NCBI GenBank assembly: GCA_019090315.1
Contig: JAHRWD010000013.1
Coordinates: 60,585-124,584, forward strand
Origin: Pseudomonadales bacterium
GTDB lineage: Bacteria > Pseudomonadota > Gammaproteobacteria > Pseudomonadales > JAHRWD01
DNA length: 64,000 bases
Direction: 5' to 3'
The position numbers and the translations under genes are program-made. The notes below the pieces were generated by a model. It searched no databases. It saw only the letters and a program-made list of their open reading frames with translations, and had not been told where the DNA came from. Shown piece by piece: positions 28,775 through 37,174 of the stretch (its first letter is position 1; each line of letters opens with the position of its first letter).

Positions 28775-29463
28775 GCTTTCTGCAACAAAAGCCTCTGCGA
28801 ATTGTGATCTTCGCCAAAGCCCCCATCGCGGGCTTTGCAAAAACTCGATTAGCCCCGGTATTGGGCGATGAAGGCGCGGCGGCATTGGCCGCCCAGTTGC
28901 TCACTCGTACAGTAAATGAAGCCATTTCAGCCAATATCGGAAGTGTCGAGCTTTGTGTCGTATCGGATCATCACCAGTTCCAGTGGGGCCTGCTTAATTT
29001 ACCCGCCGATCTGATCTGGAGCCAGCAGGGTGAAGGTGACCTGGGCCAGAAAATGTCCCGTGCCGCTCAGCGGGTGTTGAAACAGGAGACCGACAAGGAT
29101 CAATCGGTACTGATTATCGGTACAGACTGCCCAATGCTGGATGCCGATATGTTGCGACTCGCGGCGCAAAAACTTTCACAGGCCGACGTTTGCCTGGGCC
29201 CAGTGAGTGACGGTGGTTACGCGCTGCTCGGTATGAATCAATTTGATGCTTCGGTTTTTACCGACATTCCCTGGAGCACCGATCAGGTCGCACGGTTAAC
29301 CCGTGGGAAAGTAGCCGCCCTGAACTGGACACTGCAGGAGCTGCCAATAATGAACGATATTGATGAACCGGATGATCTGCAGTGGTTACCCGAGGATATG
29401 GTGTTCGCGCCATATAAACAATCAGTAGCCAGTGCAGCCAGTGACACGGTAAAAGCACTGTGA
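28771..29463 (+). CDS. DUF2064 / rSAM-selenodomain-associated 'transferase 1' (TIGR04282-like)
   Basis: With the ATG at 28771 (ATGA overlap with the upstream stop), the N-terminus reads RIVIFAKAPIAGFAKTRL, which is typical of DUF2064. IGTDCP and DGGY blocks are also present. Confidence 0.75.
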   Translation: MSFLQQKPLRIVIFAKAPIAGFAKTRLAPVLGDEGAAALAAQLLTRTVNEAISANIGSVELCVVSDHHQFQWGLLNLPADLIWSQQGEGDLGQKMSRAAQRVLKQETDKDQSVLIIGTDCPMLDADMLRLAAQKLSQADVCLGPVSDGGYALLGMNQFDASVFTDIPWSTDQVARLTRGKVAALNWTLQELPIMNDIDEPDDLQWLPEDMVFAPYKQSVASAASDTVKAL

Positions 29464-30299
29464 TGTTACATATTATTCGCGACATCCAAGCCAGCATTCG
29501 AAATCTGGTCATGTCAGCCTTCCTGGCCGTGGCTATACCACAAATAGCAATCGCCGCTGAGCACCTTTCCATAACCGGCTCCAGCACCGTTGCACCCCTG
29601 GCTCTGGAGATCGCCAAACGTTTTGAAAAACTGAATCCCGGTATTCGGATAGATGTTCAAACCGGCGGTTCATCCCGTGGTATCAACGATGCCCGTCGCG
29701 GACTGGCGGATATCGGCATGGTTTCCCGAGCGCTCAAGGATTCTGAAAAAGACCTCACAGCCCATACCATTGCTACCGACGGTATAGGTATTATTTTACA
29801 CAGTGATAATCCGGTGACTCATCTAAGCGATGATCAAATCAGGGCAATCTACACCGGAAAAATCCGTAACTGGCGTGAACTGGGCGGCGCTGACCGAGCG
29901 ATCACCGTCGTCAATAAGGCCGAAGGTCGTTCAACCCTTGAGCTGTTCCTGCACTATTTTGGATTGCGAAATAGCCAGATCAAAGCCAGCGTGATCATTG
30001 GCGATAACCAGCAGGGGATCAAAACCGTTGCGGGCAATCCCGGCGCAATTGGTTATGTATCGATCGGCACGGCGGAATATGAGGAGCAACGCGGCGTTAG
30101 CATTAAACGACCGATTGTGAACGGTGCCGAAGCCAGTATTGCCAGTGTCAGAGCGGGAGATTTTCCACTATCACGCCCGCTGAATCTGGTTACCCGCGGC
30201 GAAATCAGCGAGTGGGCCAAACGTTTTATCCTGTTCGCGCAAAGTGCTGAGGTGGATGATCTGGTGGAGGGACAGTTCTTTGTCTCGCAGCAACATTGA
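29460..30299 (+). CDS. pstS: PstS-family phosphate/oxyanion ABC transporter substrate-binding protein
   Basis: GSSTVAPLA and VQTGGSSRGI are motifs of the PBP_like_2 PstS family. The start (GTG 29460 or ATG 29463) overlaps the stop of the upstream gene. Confidence 0.85.
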   Translation: MMLHIIRDIQASIRNLVMSAFLAVAIPQIAIAAEHLSITGSSTVAPLALEIAKRFEKLNPGIRIDVQTGGSSRGINDARRGLADIGMVSRALKDSEKDLTAHTIATDGIGIILHSDNPVTHLSDDQIRAIYTGKIRNWRELGGADRAITVVNKAEGRSTLELFLHYFGLRNSQIKASVIIGDNQQGIKTVAGNPGAIGYVSIGTAEYEEQRGVSIKRPIVNGAEASIASVRAGDFPLSRPLNLVTRGEISEWAKRFILFAQSAEVDDLVEGQFFVSQQH

Positions 30300-31137
30300 T
30301 CGGCTGATCGAGCCACCGCTGCGACTGGCGGGTTTTGTCTGCGCAGCGATCCTATTGCTGATATTGCTGTTTCTGATGAAAGAGGCCGCGCCGGTTTTAT
30401 CTAGTGGCGGCTGGCGACTGTTTGTTGCCGACACCGGCTGGTATCCGATGGAGGGCCTGTTCGGCATTTTGCCGATGCTGGTTGCCTCGTTAGTGGTGAT
30501 GCTCGGTGCCATCGTACTCGCAGCGCCGATAGGTCTTGGCTGCGCTATTTTTCTGCAATATTACGCACCGCCGGTATTAGCCAAAGCATTTCGATTGCTG
30601 CTGTCATTGCTGGCGGGTATGCCATCGGTAGTGCTGGGCCTGTGGGGATTGACGGTTTTGGTGCCACTCATCAGCGGCTGGCAACCACCGGGTACCAGCT
30701 TGTTGACCGCAATAATTGTACTGGCGCTGATGGTGGTGCCGACCATGGCACTGGCCAGCGCTTCGGCATTGTCCAGCGTGCCGGACAGTCTAATGAACGG
30801 GGCGGCGGCCCTTGGTTTAACTCTTCGCGCACGTATCTGTTTTATCGCGTTGAGCGCCGCCCGCACAGGAATTCGCAGCGCTGCATTGCTATCGATGGCT
30901 CGCGCGATTGGCGAAACCATGGTGGTGCTGATGGTGGCGGGTAATGTGGTGCAATATCCCAGCGGATTGTTCGAACCGGTACGGGTATTAACCGCCAACA
31001 TTGCGTTGGAGATGGCCTATGCGACGGATCTGCATCGGGCTGGTTTATTTGCTTCTGGATTGTTACTAACCCTGATTGTCCTGGCACTGGCCTGGATGGC
31101 AGCGCGTTCCGGCAGGCGAGATACGCAATATGGCTGA
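30244..31137 (+). CDS. pstC: Phosphate-type ABC transporter permease PstC
   Basis: A 6-TM permease with the EAA loop ARAIGETMVVLMVAGN. The true start is probably internal (ATG 30256 or later), because the tracked start overlaps pstS by 56 nt. Confidence 0.85.
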   Translation: MLRWMIWWRDSSLSRSNIDRLIEPPLRLAGFVCAAILLLILLFLMKEAAPVLSSGGWRLFVADTGWYPMEGLFGILPMLVASLVVMLGAIVLAAPIGLGCAIFLQYYAPPVLAKAFRLLLSLLAGMPSVVLGLWGLTVLVPLISGWQPPGTSLLTAIIVLALMVVPTMALASASALSSVPDSLMNGAAALGLTLRARICFIALSAARTGIRSAALLSMARAIGETMVVLMVAGNVVQYPSGLFEPVRVLTANIALEMAYATDLHRAGLFASGLLLTLIVLALAWMAARSGRRDTQYG

Positions 31138-31960
31138 TCGTCTGTTTACCAGCGCTGTCTGGTTCTGTGCCGCACTGATTGCCGCCGCGCTACTGTGGGT
31201 GGTGGGTGATCTGGCTCGACTGGGGCTTTCCCATATCTCGCTGGAGTTTATATTCAGTGCCCCCGAAAATGCCGGTCGCAGCGGCGGCATCGGTCCCATT
31301 CTGGTTTCCACCCTGCTGATTATCGGCGTGACTCTGGCGGTGGCCTTGCCCCTTGGGTTGATGGTGGCGGTGTGGTTGGCGGAGTTTACCCGAAGGGAAA
31401 ACCGGCTTGGTAACCAGATCCGATTAGCGCTGGATGTAATGGCGGGCATCCCGTCGATCGTGTTTGGCCTGTTTGGTAATGCGTTTTTTTCAATCTACCT
31501 TGGTTTGGGTTTTTCCATTCTCTCTGGTGGCCTGACCCTGGCACTCATGATTCTTCCGGTATTTATTCGTACCTGCGAAATCGGTCTGACATCGGTAGAC
31601 AATAGCTGGCGACGGGGCGCGCAGGCACTGGGTATGACCCGTAGTGCCACAGTCTGGCATATCTTGTTACCCGCTACTGCACCGGCGATAACCGCGGGAT
31701 TAATACTTGGCATCGGCCGCGCTACTGCCTAAACTGCCGCACTGATTTTTACCAGCGGCTACGTTGATCGCATGCCCGAATCCCTGTTTGATTCCGGCCG
31801 CGCACTGGCGGTACACATTTACGACCTTTCGATGAACGTAACCGGGGGTGATCCAGCGGCCCATGCATCAGCATTGTTGTTAATCGCCCTGATCATCCTT
31901 ATTAATCTGGTGGCCCAGGGGTTTTCCGACCGCTGGTTACACCGAAGACTCGCGACCTGA
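31130..31960 (+). pseudogene. pstA: PstA permease interrupted by an in-frame TAA (31730-31732)
   Basis: ORFs 31076..31732 and 31772..31960 are in the same frame. The junction reads GIGRATA*TAALIFTSGY, compared with the PstA consensus GxARAAGETAPLLFT. The stop therefore replaces the conserved EAA-loop Glu (GAA to TAA). Confidence 0.8.
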
Positions 31961-31965
31961 GCGCA

Positions 31966-32826
31966 ATGGATATGAATCAAATGACACCCACTCCGGACAT
32001 CATGGCTTATAGCGCCTACACACTTGGCGAAGTAACCGAGGCTCAACCGTGCTGTTTGCCCGAGCCGCATCTGCAGATTCGTGATCTGTCGGTCAGCTAT
32101 GACGAACATCAGGTGCTCGAAACCGTATCGCTGGATATCTACAAAGGTTGCATCACCGCGCTTATTGGTCCGTCCGGCTGCGGAAAAACAAGCTTTCTCT
32201 CATCACTGAACCGGCTCACAGATCTGATGGCCAACGCACAGATACAGGGTTCCATTCGTTTCGATGGCGAAGAGATTCTCACGGACAAAACAGACACACT
32301 GATCTTGCGTCGCCGCATTGGAATGGTCTTCCAGAAACCCAACCCATTCCCGCTCTCAATCCGCCGCAATCTTTATCTGCCATTAAAAGAAAACGGTGTT
32401 CGTAATCGAAAACAACTGGCAGAACGCAGTGAGTGTGTGCTGCGTGAAGTGGGATTATGGGATGAAGTAAAAGACCGTTTGGATAGCCCTGCGCTAGCCC
32501 TTTCCGGCGGTCAACAACAACGTCTCTGTATCGCCCGTGCCCTGGTTTTAGAGCCGGAAGTGTTATTGATGGATGAACCCTGCAGCGCCCTCGACCCCAT
32601 CGCCTCCGCAAAAGTAGAAGAGCTGATCAGCAGCCTTGCTGGACGCTACACTGTAGTGATTGTCACCCACAATCTCGCCCAGGCCAAACGGGTTGCTAAC
32701 TACGCAGGGTTTTTCTGGATGGTAGAAAAGGTTGGTAAACTGATTGAATTTGGACAGTGCGATCGTCTATTTGAGTCCCCGGAAAGTGAATTGACGGCCG
32801 CTTTTGTTTCGGGTATTCGAGGTTGA
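31966..32826 (+). CDS. pstB: Phosphate-type ABC transporter ATP-binding protein PstB
   Basis: Walker A GPSGCGKTS, signature LSGGQQQRLCIARAL, Walker B LLMDEPCSALD, and the PstB-typical RRRIGMVFQKPNPFP. Confidence 0.9.
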   Translation: MDMNQMTPTPDIMAYSAYTLGEVTEAQPCCLPEPHLQIRDLSVSYDEHQVLETVSLDIYKGCITALIGPSGCGKTSFLSSLNRLTDLMANAQIQGSIRFDGEEILTDKTDTLILRRRIGMVFQKPNPFPLSIRRNLYLPLKENGVRNRKQLAERSECVLREVGLWDEVKDRLDSPALALSGGQQQRLCIARALVLEPEVLLMDEPCSALDPIASAKVEELISSLAGRYTVVIVTHNLAQAKRVANYAGFFWMVEKVGKLIEFGQCDRLFESPESELTAAFVSGIRG

Positions 32827-32929
32827 TTCAATGATACGAATCCTTATCACTGATATCTTCAAGTAAGGAAAAGTTATTTTCGTAGGTTCGCTTATCTGTA
32901 TGCGGATTTTGATTTAGAAAGGTAGAAAA

Positions 32930-33202
32930 ATGGAACAAATATGGGAGTCTGAGCAAATCGACTCAGTAAATGGAAATCCGGTATTCAGACGAATCATGCA
33001 AAATTTTATTGCGGATTTTCATATACATGAGAACTCGGAAGAGATGTTTATCGTTGAATCAGGTGTACTCTTTATTGATTTTGGCGATAGAAGCATTCGA
33101 TTAACCAGCGGGGAGTCGTTTGCGGTTAAATCAGGTATTAAACATCGTGCAAGAGCAGTAGAAAAAGTTGCCCTGTGGGTTATTGGAGGGCAGAATATCT
33201 AA
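32930..33202 (+). CDS. Small cupin-domain protein
   Basis: A 90-aa protein with a cupin_2-like pattern (FHIHENSEEMFIVESG...GIKHRARA). Confidence 0.6.
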   Translation: MEQIWESEQIDSVNGNPVFRRIMQNFIADFHIHENSEEMFIVESGVLFIDFGDRSIRLTSGESFAVKSGIKHRARAVEKVALWVIGGQNI

Positions 33203-33319
33203 GATATCTGTATGGCTTTTTATGCGTACGAAACAATTTTAGCCAGCTAGCTTGAAAGAGAGCTGCTCGAACTTCGATTTTGAACTCGTAGTTAGAAGTA
33301 TTCCAGGGAGAAATATTCG

Positions 33320-33859
33320 ATGGCAAAACAATTTCCGAAACTTGAAAAATCACATATCGAGTTCATTAAAAATCAGCATATATTTTTTGTTGGTAGCGCA
33401 GCGGAAGAGGGTTATGTAAACGTATCGCCAAAAGGTATGGACAGCCTGCGGGTGATTAATGAATCCAAAATTGTTTGGCTGAATTTAACCGGAAGCGGGA
33501 ATGAGTCAGCAGCTCATGTGCTTGAGAATGACCGCATGACCATTATGTTTTGCTCGTTTGATTTGAAACCACTCATTTTCCGAGTGTACGGTAACGCAAC
33601 CGCCATTCATCCGCGTGACGATGAATGGGATGAGCTCAGCCGCTTGTTTCCAGAGTACGTAGGCGCACGTCAACTGTTTGTGGTCGATATCTCGATGGTA
33701 CAAACTTCATGCGGTTTCGCGGTACCTTTTATGGAGTATAAAGAGCCCCGGGACACGCTAAAAAACTGGGCGGACAATAACGGGCGTGAAGGGGTACAGG
33801 AGTACTGGAAAAAAAATACCCACAGCCTGGATGGAAAAGATACCGGTATCTTCGAATAG
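33320..33859 (+). CDS. Pyridoxamine 5'-phosphate oxidase-family (FMN-binding split barrel) protein
   Basis: FFVGSAAEEGYVNVSPKG and SGNESAAH blocks are typical of this family. Confidence 0.8.
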   Translation: MAKQFPKLEKSHIEFIKNQHIFFVGSAAEEGYVNVSPKGMDSLRVINESKIVWLNLTGSGNESAAHVLENDRMTIMFCSFDLKPLIFRVYGNATAIHPRDDEWDELSRLFPEYVGARQLFVVDISMVQTSCGFAVPFMEYKEPRDTLKNWADNNGREGVQEYWKKNTHSLDGKDTGIFE

Positions 33860-33940
33860 ATAGGGTTTTCGGTTATACGTCAGCGCCACAAACAATGAAT
33901 TCCGGGGTTGGTTTGGCGAACCAATCTACCGGTAAACTAA

Positions 33941-34132
33941 CTACCCCGGCAACCCTTCACTAAAACAGTGATCAAGGCAGGATTTCCACACAAATACTTT
34001 AGAGGTTTGGTCTAGTGGATGAATATCCGTAGCGTGAATGTTTGACTCTTTAATGAGTCGCGCCAGCGTCTTCTCAGTCATCTGGATATTGACGTACTTT
34101 TCGGTGCTAAATGAATCCTTATAGGTTGGCAT
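33941..34132 (-). CDS. Hypothetical 63-aa protein (downstream member of unknown two-gene cassette)
   Basis: An ORF only, with no family recognised. It is co-oriented 48 nt downstream of the 163-aa ORF. Confidence 0.4.
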   Translation of the reverse strand: MPTYKDSFSTEKYVNIQMTEKTLARLIKESNIHATDIHPLDQTSKVFVWKSCLDHCFSEGLPG

Positions 34133-34179
34133 GATAAAACTCCGTTTGTAGATTTGGAGATACGTGATTGTAGTTCGAT

Positions 34180-34671
34180 CTAATTAAGAGCTAAATTTAG
34201 CTCTTCTAGTTGGTACTCCGTGTCAACGAGGCACTCTTTGTAGCCCGTAAACTCTCCGTTTTTTTCGACGTAGGCTTCCAGTCGTTCAAGGGACTGCCGG
34301 ATGTAACCGGAAAGTGGCCAGTGCACATTCTGTTGCACACCCCTGCTACCCAGTAAGCGATGGTGAAGATGAAGTAGAAAATGAAGTTCCAGTTCCGGCC
34401 TATCTACACGCAAAAAACATTCGGCTAACAAAAAGCTTGATAGCGATAATTTCTCTAAGTACTCGTTGAGCTGGTTTAGCTGATAGGTATGGGGTTGATC
34501 GACCAACCAGTCCGCCACGTCCAGTGCGCAGCCAAAAAAGCTAATACCCTCGGACGGATTTTGTTGGTTTAGCTGTTTCATCCCTTGCTCAATCCATTGG
34601 CTCCAGTACAGGTTAGCGGTTTCAACAGAGCTAAGAATGTGTTGACGGTGGTTGGTACAGATAAAGGACAT
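34180..34671 (-). CDS. Hypothetical 163-aa helical protein
   Basis: An ORF of reasonable length with an amphipathic helical composition and no recognisable motif. It ends in a 20-bp palindrome. Confidence 0.5.
   Translation of the reverse strand: MSFICTNHRQHILSSVETANLYWSQWIEQGMKQLNQQNPSEGISFFGCALDVADWLVDQPHTYQLNQLNEYLEKLSLSSFLLAECFLRVDRPELELHFLLHLHHRLLGSRGVQQNVHWPLSGYIRQSLERLEAYVEKNGEFTGYKECLVDTEYQLEELNLALN
34186..34205. repeat. Perfect 20-bp palindrome AAGAGCTAAATTTAGCTCTT
   Basis: Read directly from the sequence. It covers the last codons (EELNLALN) of the 163-aa ORF, between the two unknown genes. Confidence 0.9.
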
Positions 34672-34955
34672 AAAAGCTCCGATAGAGAAAACGCATTGGT
34701 TGCGAATGATTATCAGTTGTATTTGAAGGTTTGTCCAGTACTTCTTCTATCAGTTTTGTTCGCCGATCAGGTTAGATTGTAAAAACATCAGTGGGAGGTT
34801 TCGCAGATGGCATATTGATGGTTCTTGAGAGATGTAGAATAGCGACTGACTGTATGTAGAATGCCTCTACCCTTGAAAAGGTAGGCATCATCCGATAAAG
34901 CAGTTAAGGTTGAGATGAAGTTGCATACATCATTCTATCGAGGCGATGTTTCAGA

Positions 34956-35321
34956 ATGTTTTCAAAGATAAAAAAGTGGATACCGCTTGGTTCTGTCCCA
35001 GAGCTTTCATGTGAAGAGCTTAACCTGTTGATCAAAAATAATGCTGTTGCAGTTCAGATCCTTGATGTGCGTACTCGGGCTGAGTGGCAAGCAGGGCATA
35101 TCGTTGGCGCAACCAATATTCCAATCATCAATCTCAACGGAGCCGTAGATGGCCTGGCATTTGATAAAAATGTTCCGGTGGTGGCAATCTGTTTGAGTGC
35201 GCACAGAAGTATTCCAGCCGTACGGGTATTGCAAGATCTTGGTTACAGCGATGTAAAACAATTGGCTGGCGGTATGCGTGCCTGGAACAAGCTGTACAAG
35301 CATGAATTAGAAAAGCCGTAG
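34956..35321 (+). CDS. Single-domain rhodanese (sulfurtransferase)
   Basis: Contains the active-site loop CLSAHRS (CxxxxR[ST]). The size and flanking pattern are typical of rhodanese. Confidence 0.8.
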   Translation: MFSKIKKWIPLGSVPELSCEELNLLIKNNAVAVQILDVRTRAEWQAGHIVGATNIPIINLNGAVDGLAFDKNVPVVAICLSAHRSIPAVRVLQDLGYSDVKQLAGGMRAWNKLYKHELEKP

Positions 35322-35331
35322 AGATCTGGTT

Positions 35332-36006
35332 TTGAACAAATTTAGTGATAAAAAAATAGTCGATTCCTGGAGCAAGAATGCTACGCCCTGGATACAGGCA
35401 ATCCAGAAAAATGAAATCGAAAGTAGAAGGATCGTCACAGATCAGGCGATTATTGATACGGTTTTATCATGTTCCGCAAAAACCGTTTTAGATATTGGCT
35501 GCGGTGAAGGATGGTTAGTGCGAGCGCTTTCCGCATGCGGAATCATATGCTCCGGATTGGATATTGTTCCTGAATTAATAGAAGAAGCGATAAAGCAATC
35601 AGCACATGAATTTTCAGTATTAGCCTACGAAGAAATATCCACCGAAACAATACCCAATAAATATGATGCGGTTGTCTGTAATTTTTCACTTCTGGGTGAA
35701 AAATCTGTTGAGAAAGTATTCAGTTCTGCACGAACATTACTAAATCAAGATGGGGTTTTAATCGTGCAAACATTACACCCTGAAACGAATTCAACGGAGG
35801 GTGAATATAAGGACGGTTGGCGCGAAGGATCATGGGCAGGTTTCAGTGATCAGTTTTATGATCCCGCTCCATGGTATTTTAGGACGACTGAATCATGGGT
35901 GAAGCTGTTCCAAAAATATGGTTACAAACTGGTTTCTCAGAAACAAACAATCAATCCAAAAACAGAAAAACCAGCTTCGTTGATATTGCTCGGTAGAGCA
36001 GGTTAA
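35332..36006 (+). CDS. Class I SAM-dependent methyltransferase
   Basis: Motif I VLDIGCGEGWL is present, with a TTG start 10 nt after the rhodanese stop. Confidence 0.75.
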   Translation: MNKFSDKKIVDSWSKNATPWIQAIQKNEIESRRIVTDQAIIDTVLSCSAKTVLDIGCGEGWLVRALSACGIICSGLDIVPELIEEAIKQSAHEFSVLAYEEISTETIPNKYDAVVCNFSLLGEKSVEKVFSSARTLLNQDGVLIVQTLHPETNSTEGEYKDGWREGSWAGFSDQFYDPAPWYFRTTESWVKLFQKYGYKLVSQKQTINPKTEKPASLILLGRAG

Positions 36007-36039
36007 ACTTCTTTTTTAAACTAAAAATATAAATGTAGT

Positions 36040-37104
36040 ATGAAGCATCACCTGTTTTCCGAATTAGAAATTCCTATTATTCAGGCACCGATGGCGGGTG
36101 TTCAGGATAGTGCTCTGGCAATAGCAGTATCATTAGCTGGCGGCCTGGGCTCCTTGCCCTGCTCAATGCTTGGAATAGATGGATTGCGCGATGAACTGGC
36201 ATTTATTAAATCCAAAATTGATAAGCCAATAAATGTAAATTTTTTCTCTCATGACCAACCGGAATTTAATCCCGAACAGGAAGAAAGTTGGCGGCTAGTG
36301 TTAAAGCCGTATTTTGATGAGTACGGGCTGGATATAAATAACATTTCTACAGGAGGTGGACGGGAACCATTCAGTCATGCCGCCGCAGATGTGCTAGAGG
36401 AATTCAAACCGGAGTTTGTAAGTTTTCATTTTGGGCTACCAGAAAAGGGCTTGATGCAGCGTGTAAAAACCTGGGGTGCAAAAGTGCTCAGTTCGGCAAC
36501 CACAGTTGAAGAAGCTCAGTGGTTGGAGGCACATGGTGCCGATGGCATTATCGCGCAGGGCATCGAAGCGGGCGGTCATCGCGGAATGTTTTTAACAAAA
36601 AATCTATCGATTCAGCCTGGAACTTTTGAACTGCTGCCAAAAATTGTAGAACAGGTATCGGTACCGGTGATAGCAGCCGGCGGAATTACCGATGCGAAAG
36701 GCGTTGCTCATGCGCTTTCACTTGGCGCAACTGCGGTGCAATTGGGTACCGTTTATCTATTGTGTGATGAAGCAAAAACCAGCGCTGTCCATCGAGCAGC
36801 GATTAAGGGCAGTGTGGATAATCAAACGAGCATTACCAATATATTTTCAGGGCGGCCAGCGCGGGGAATTGTAAATCGTGCAATTCGGGAGCTTGGTCCT
36901 ATCAATGTGAATACGCCAGAGTTCCCATTGGCATCCGCCGCGATTACAGAGTTACGCAGGCATTGTGAGCAAAATGGCTCCAGTGACTTTACGCCCCTTT
37001 GGTGTGGGCAACATACCGCTGGCTGTGCCGAAATTTCGGCGGGTGAGCTGACGCAGAGACTGGCTTCGGATATTCGAAGAAGAGCAGATTTTCAGGGAGT
37101 ATAG
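36040..37104 (+). CDS. Nitronate monooxygenase (NMO, 2-nitropropane dioxygenase family)
   Basis: PIIQAPMAGV, GIEAGGHRG and VIAAGGITDAKG blocks match the FMN TIM-barrel NMO family. Confidence 0.85.
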   Translation: MKHHLFSELEIPIIQAPMAGVQDSALAIAVSLAGGLGSLPCSMLGIDGLRDELAFIKSKIDKPINVNFFSHDQPEFNPEQEESWRLVLKPYFDEYGLDINNISTGGGREPFSHAAADVLEEFKPEFVSFHFGLPEKGLMQRVKTWGAKVLSSATTVEEAQWLEAHGADGIIAQGIEAGGHRGMFLTKNLSIQPGTFELLPKIVEQVSVPVIAAGGITDAKGVAHALSLGATAVQLGTVYLLCDEAKTSAVHRAAIKGSVDNQTSITNIFSGRPARGIVNRAIRELGPINVNTPEFPLASAAITELRRHCEQNGSSDFTPLWCGQHTAGCAEISAGELTQRLASDIRRRADFQGV

Positions 37105-37174
37105 CCTCTGAAATTTGATCGAGAATACAGTAGGCTGCTCACATAATTAGAAACTAAAATCTGGACGATTCCCA

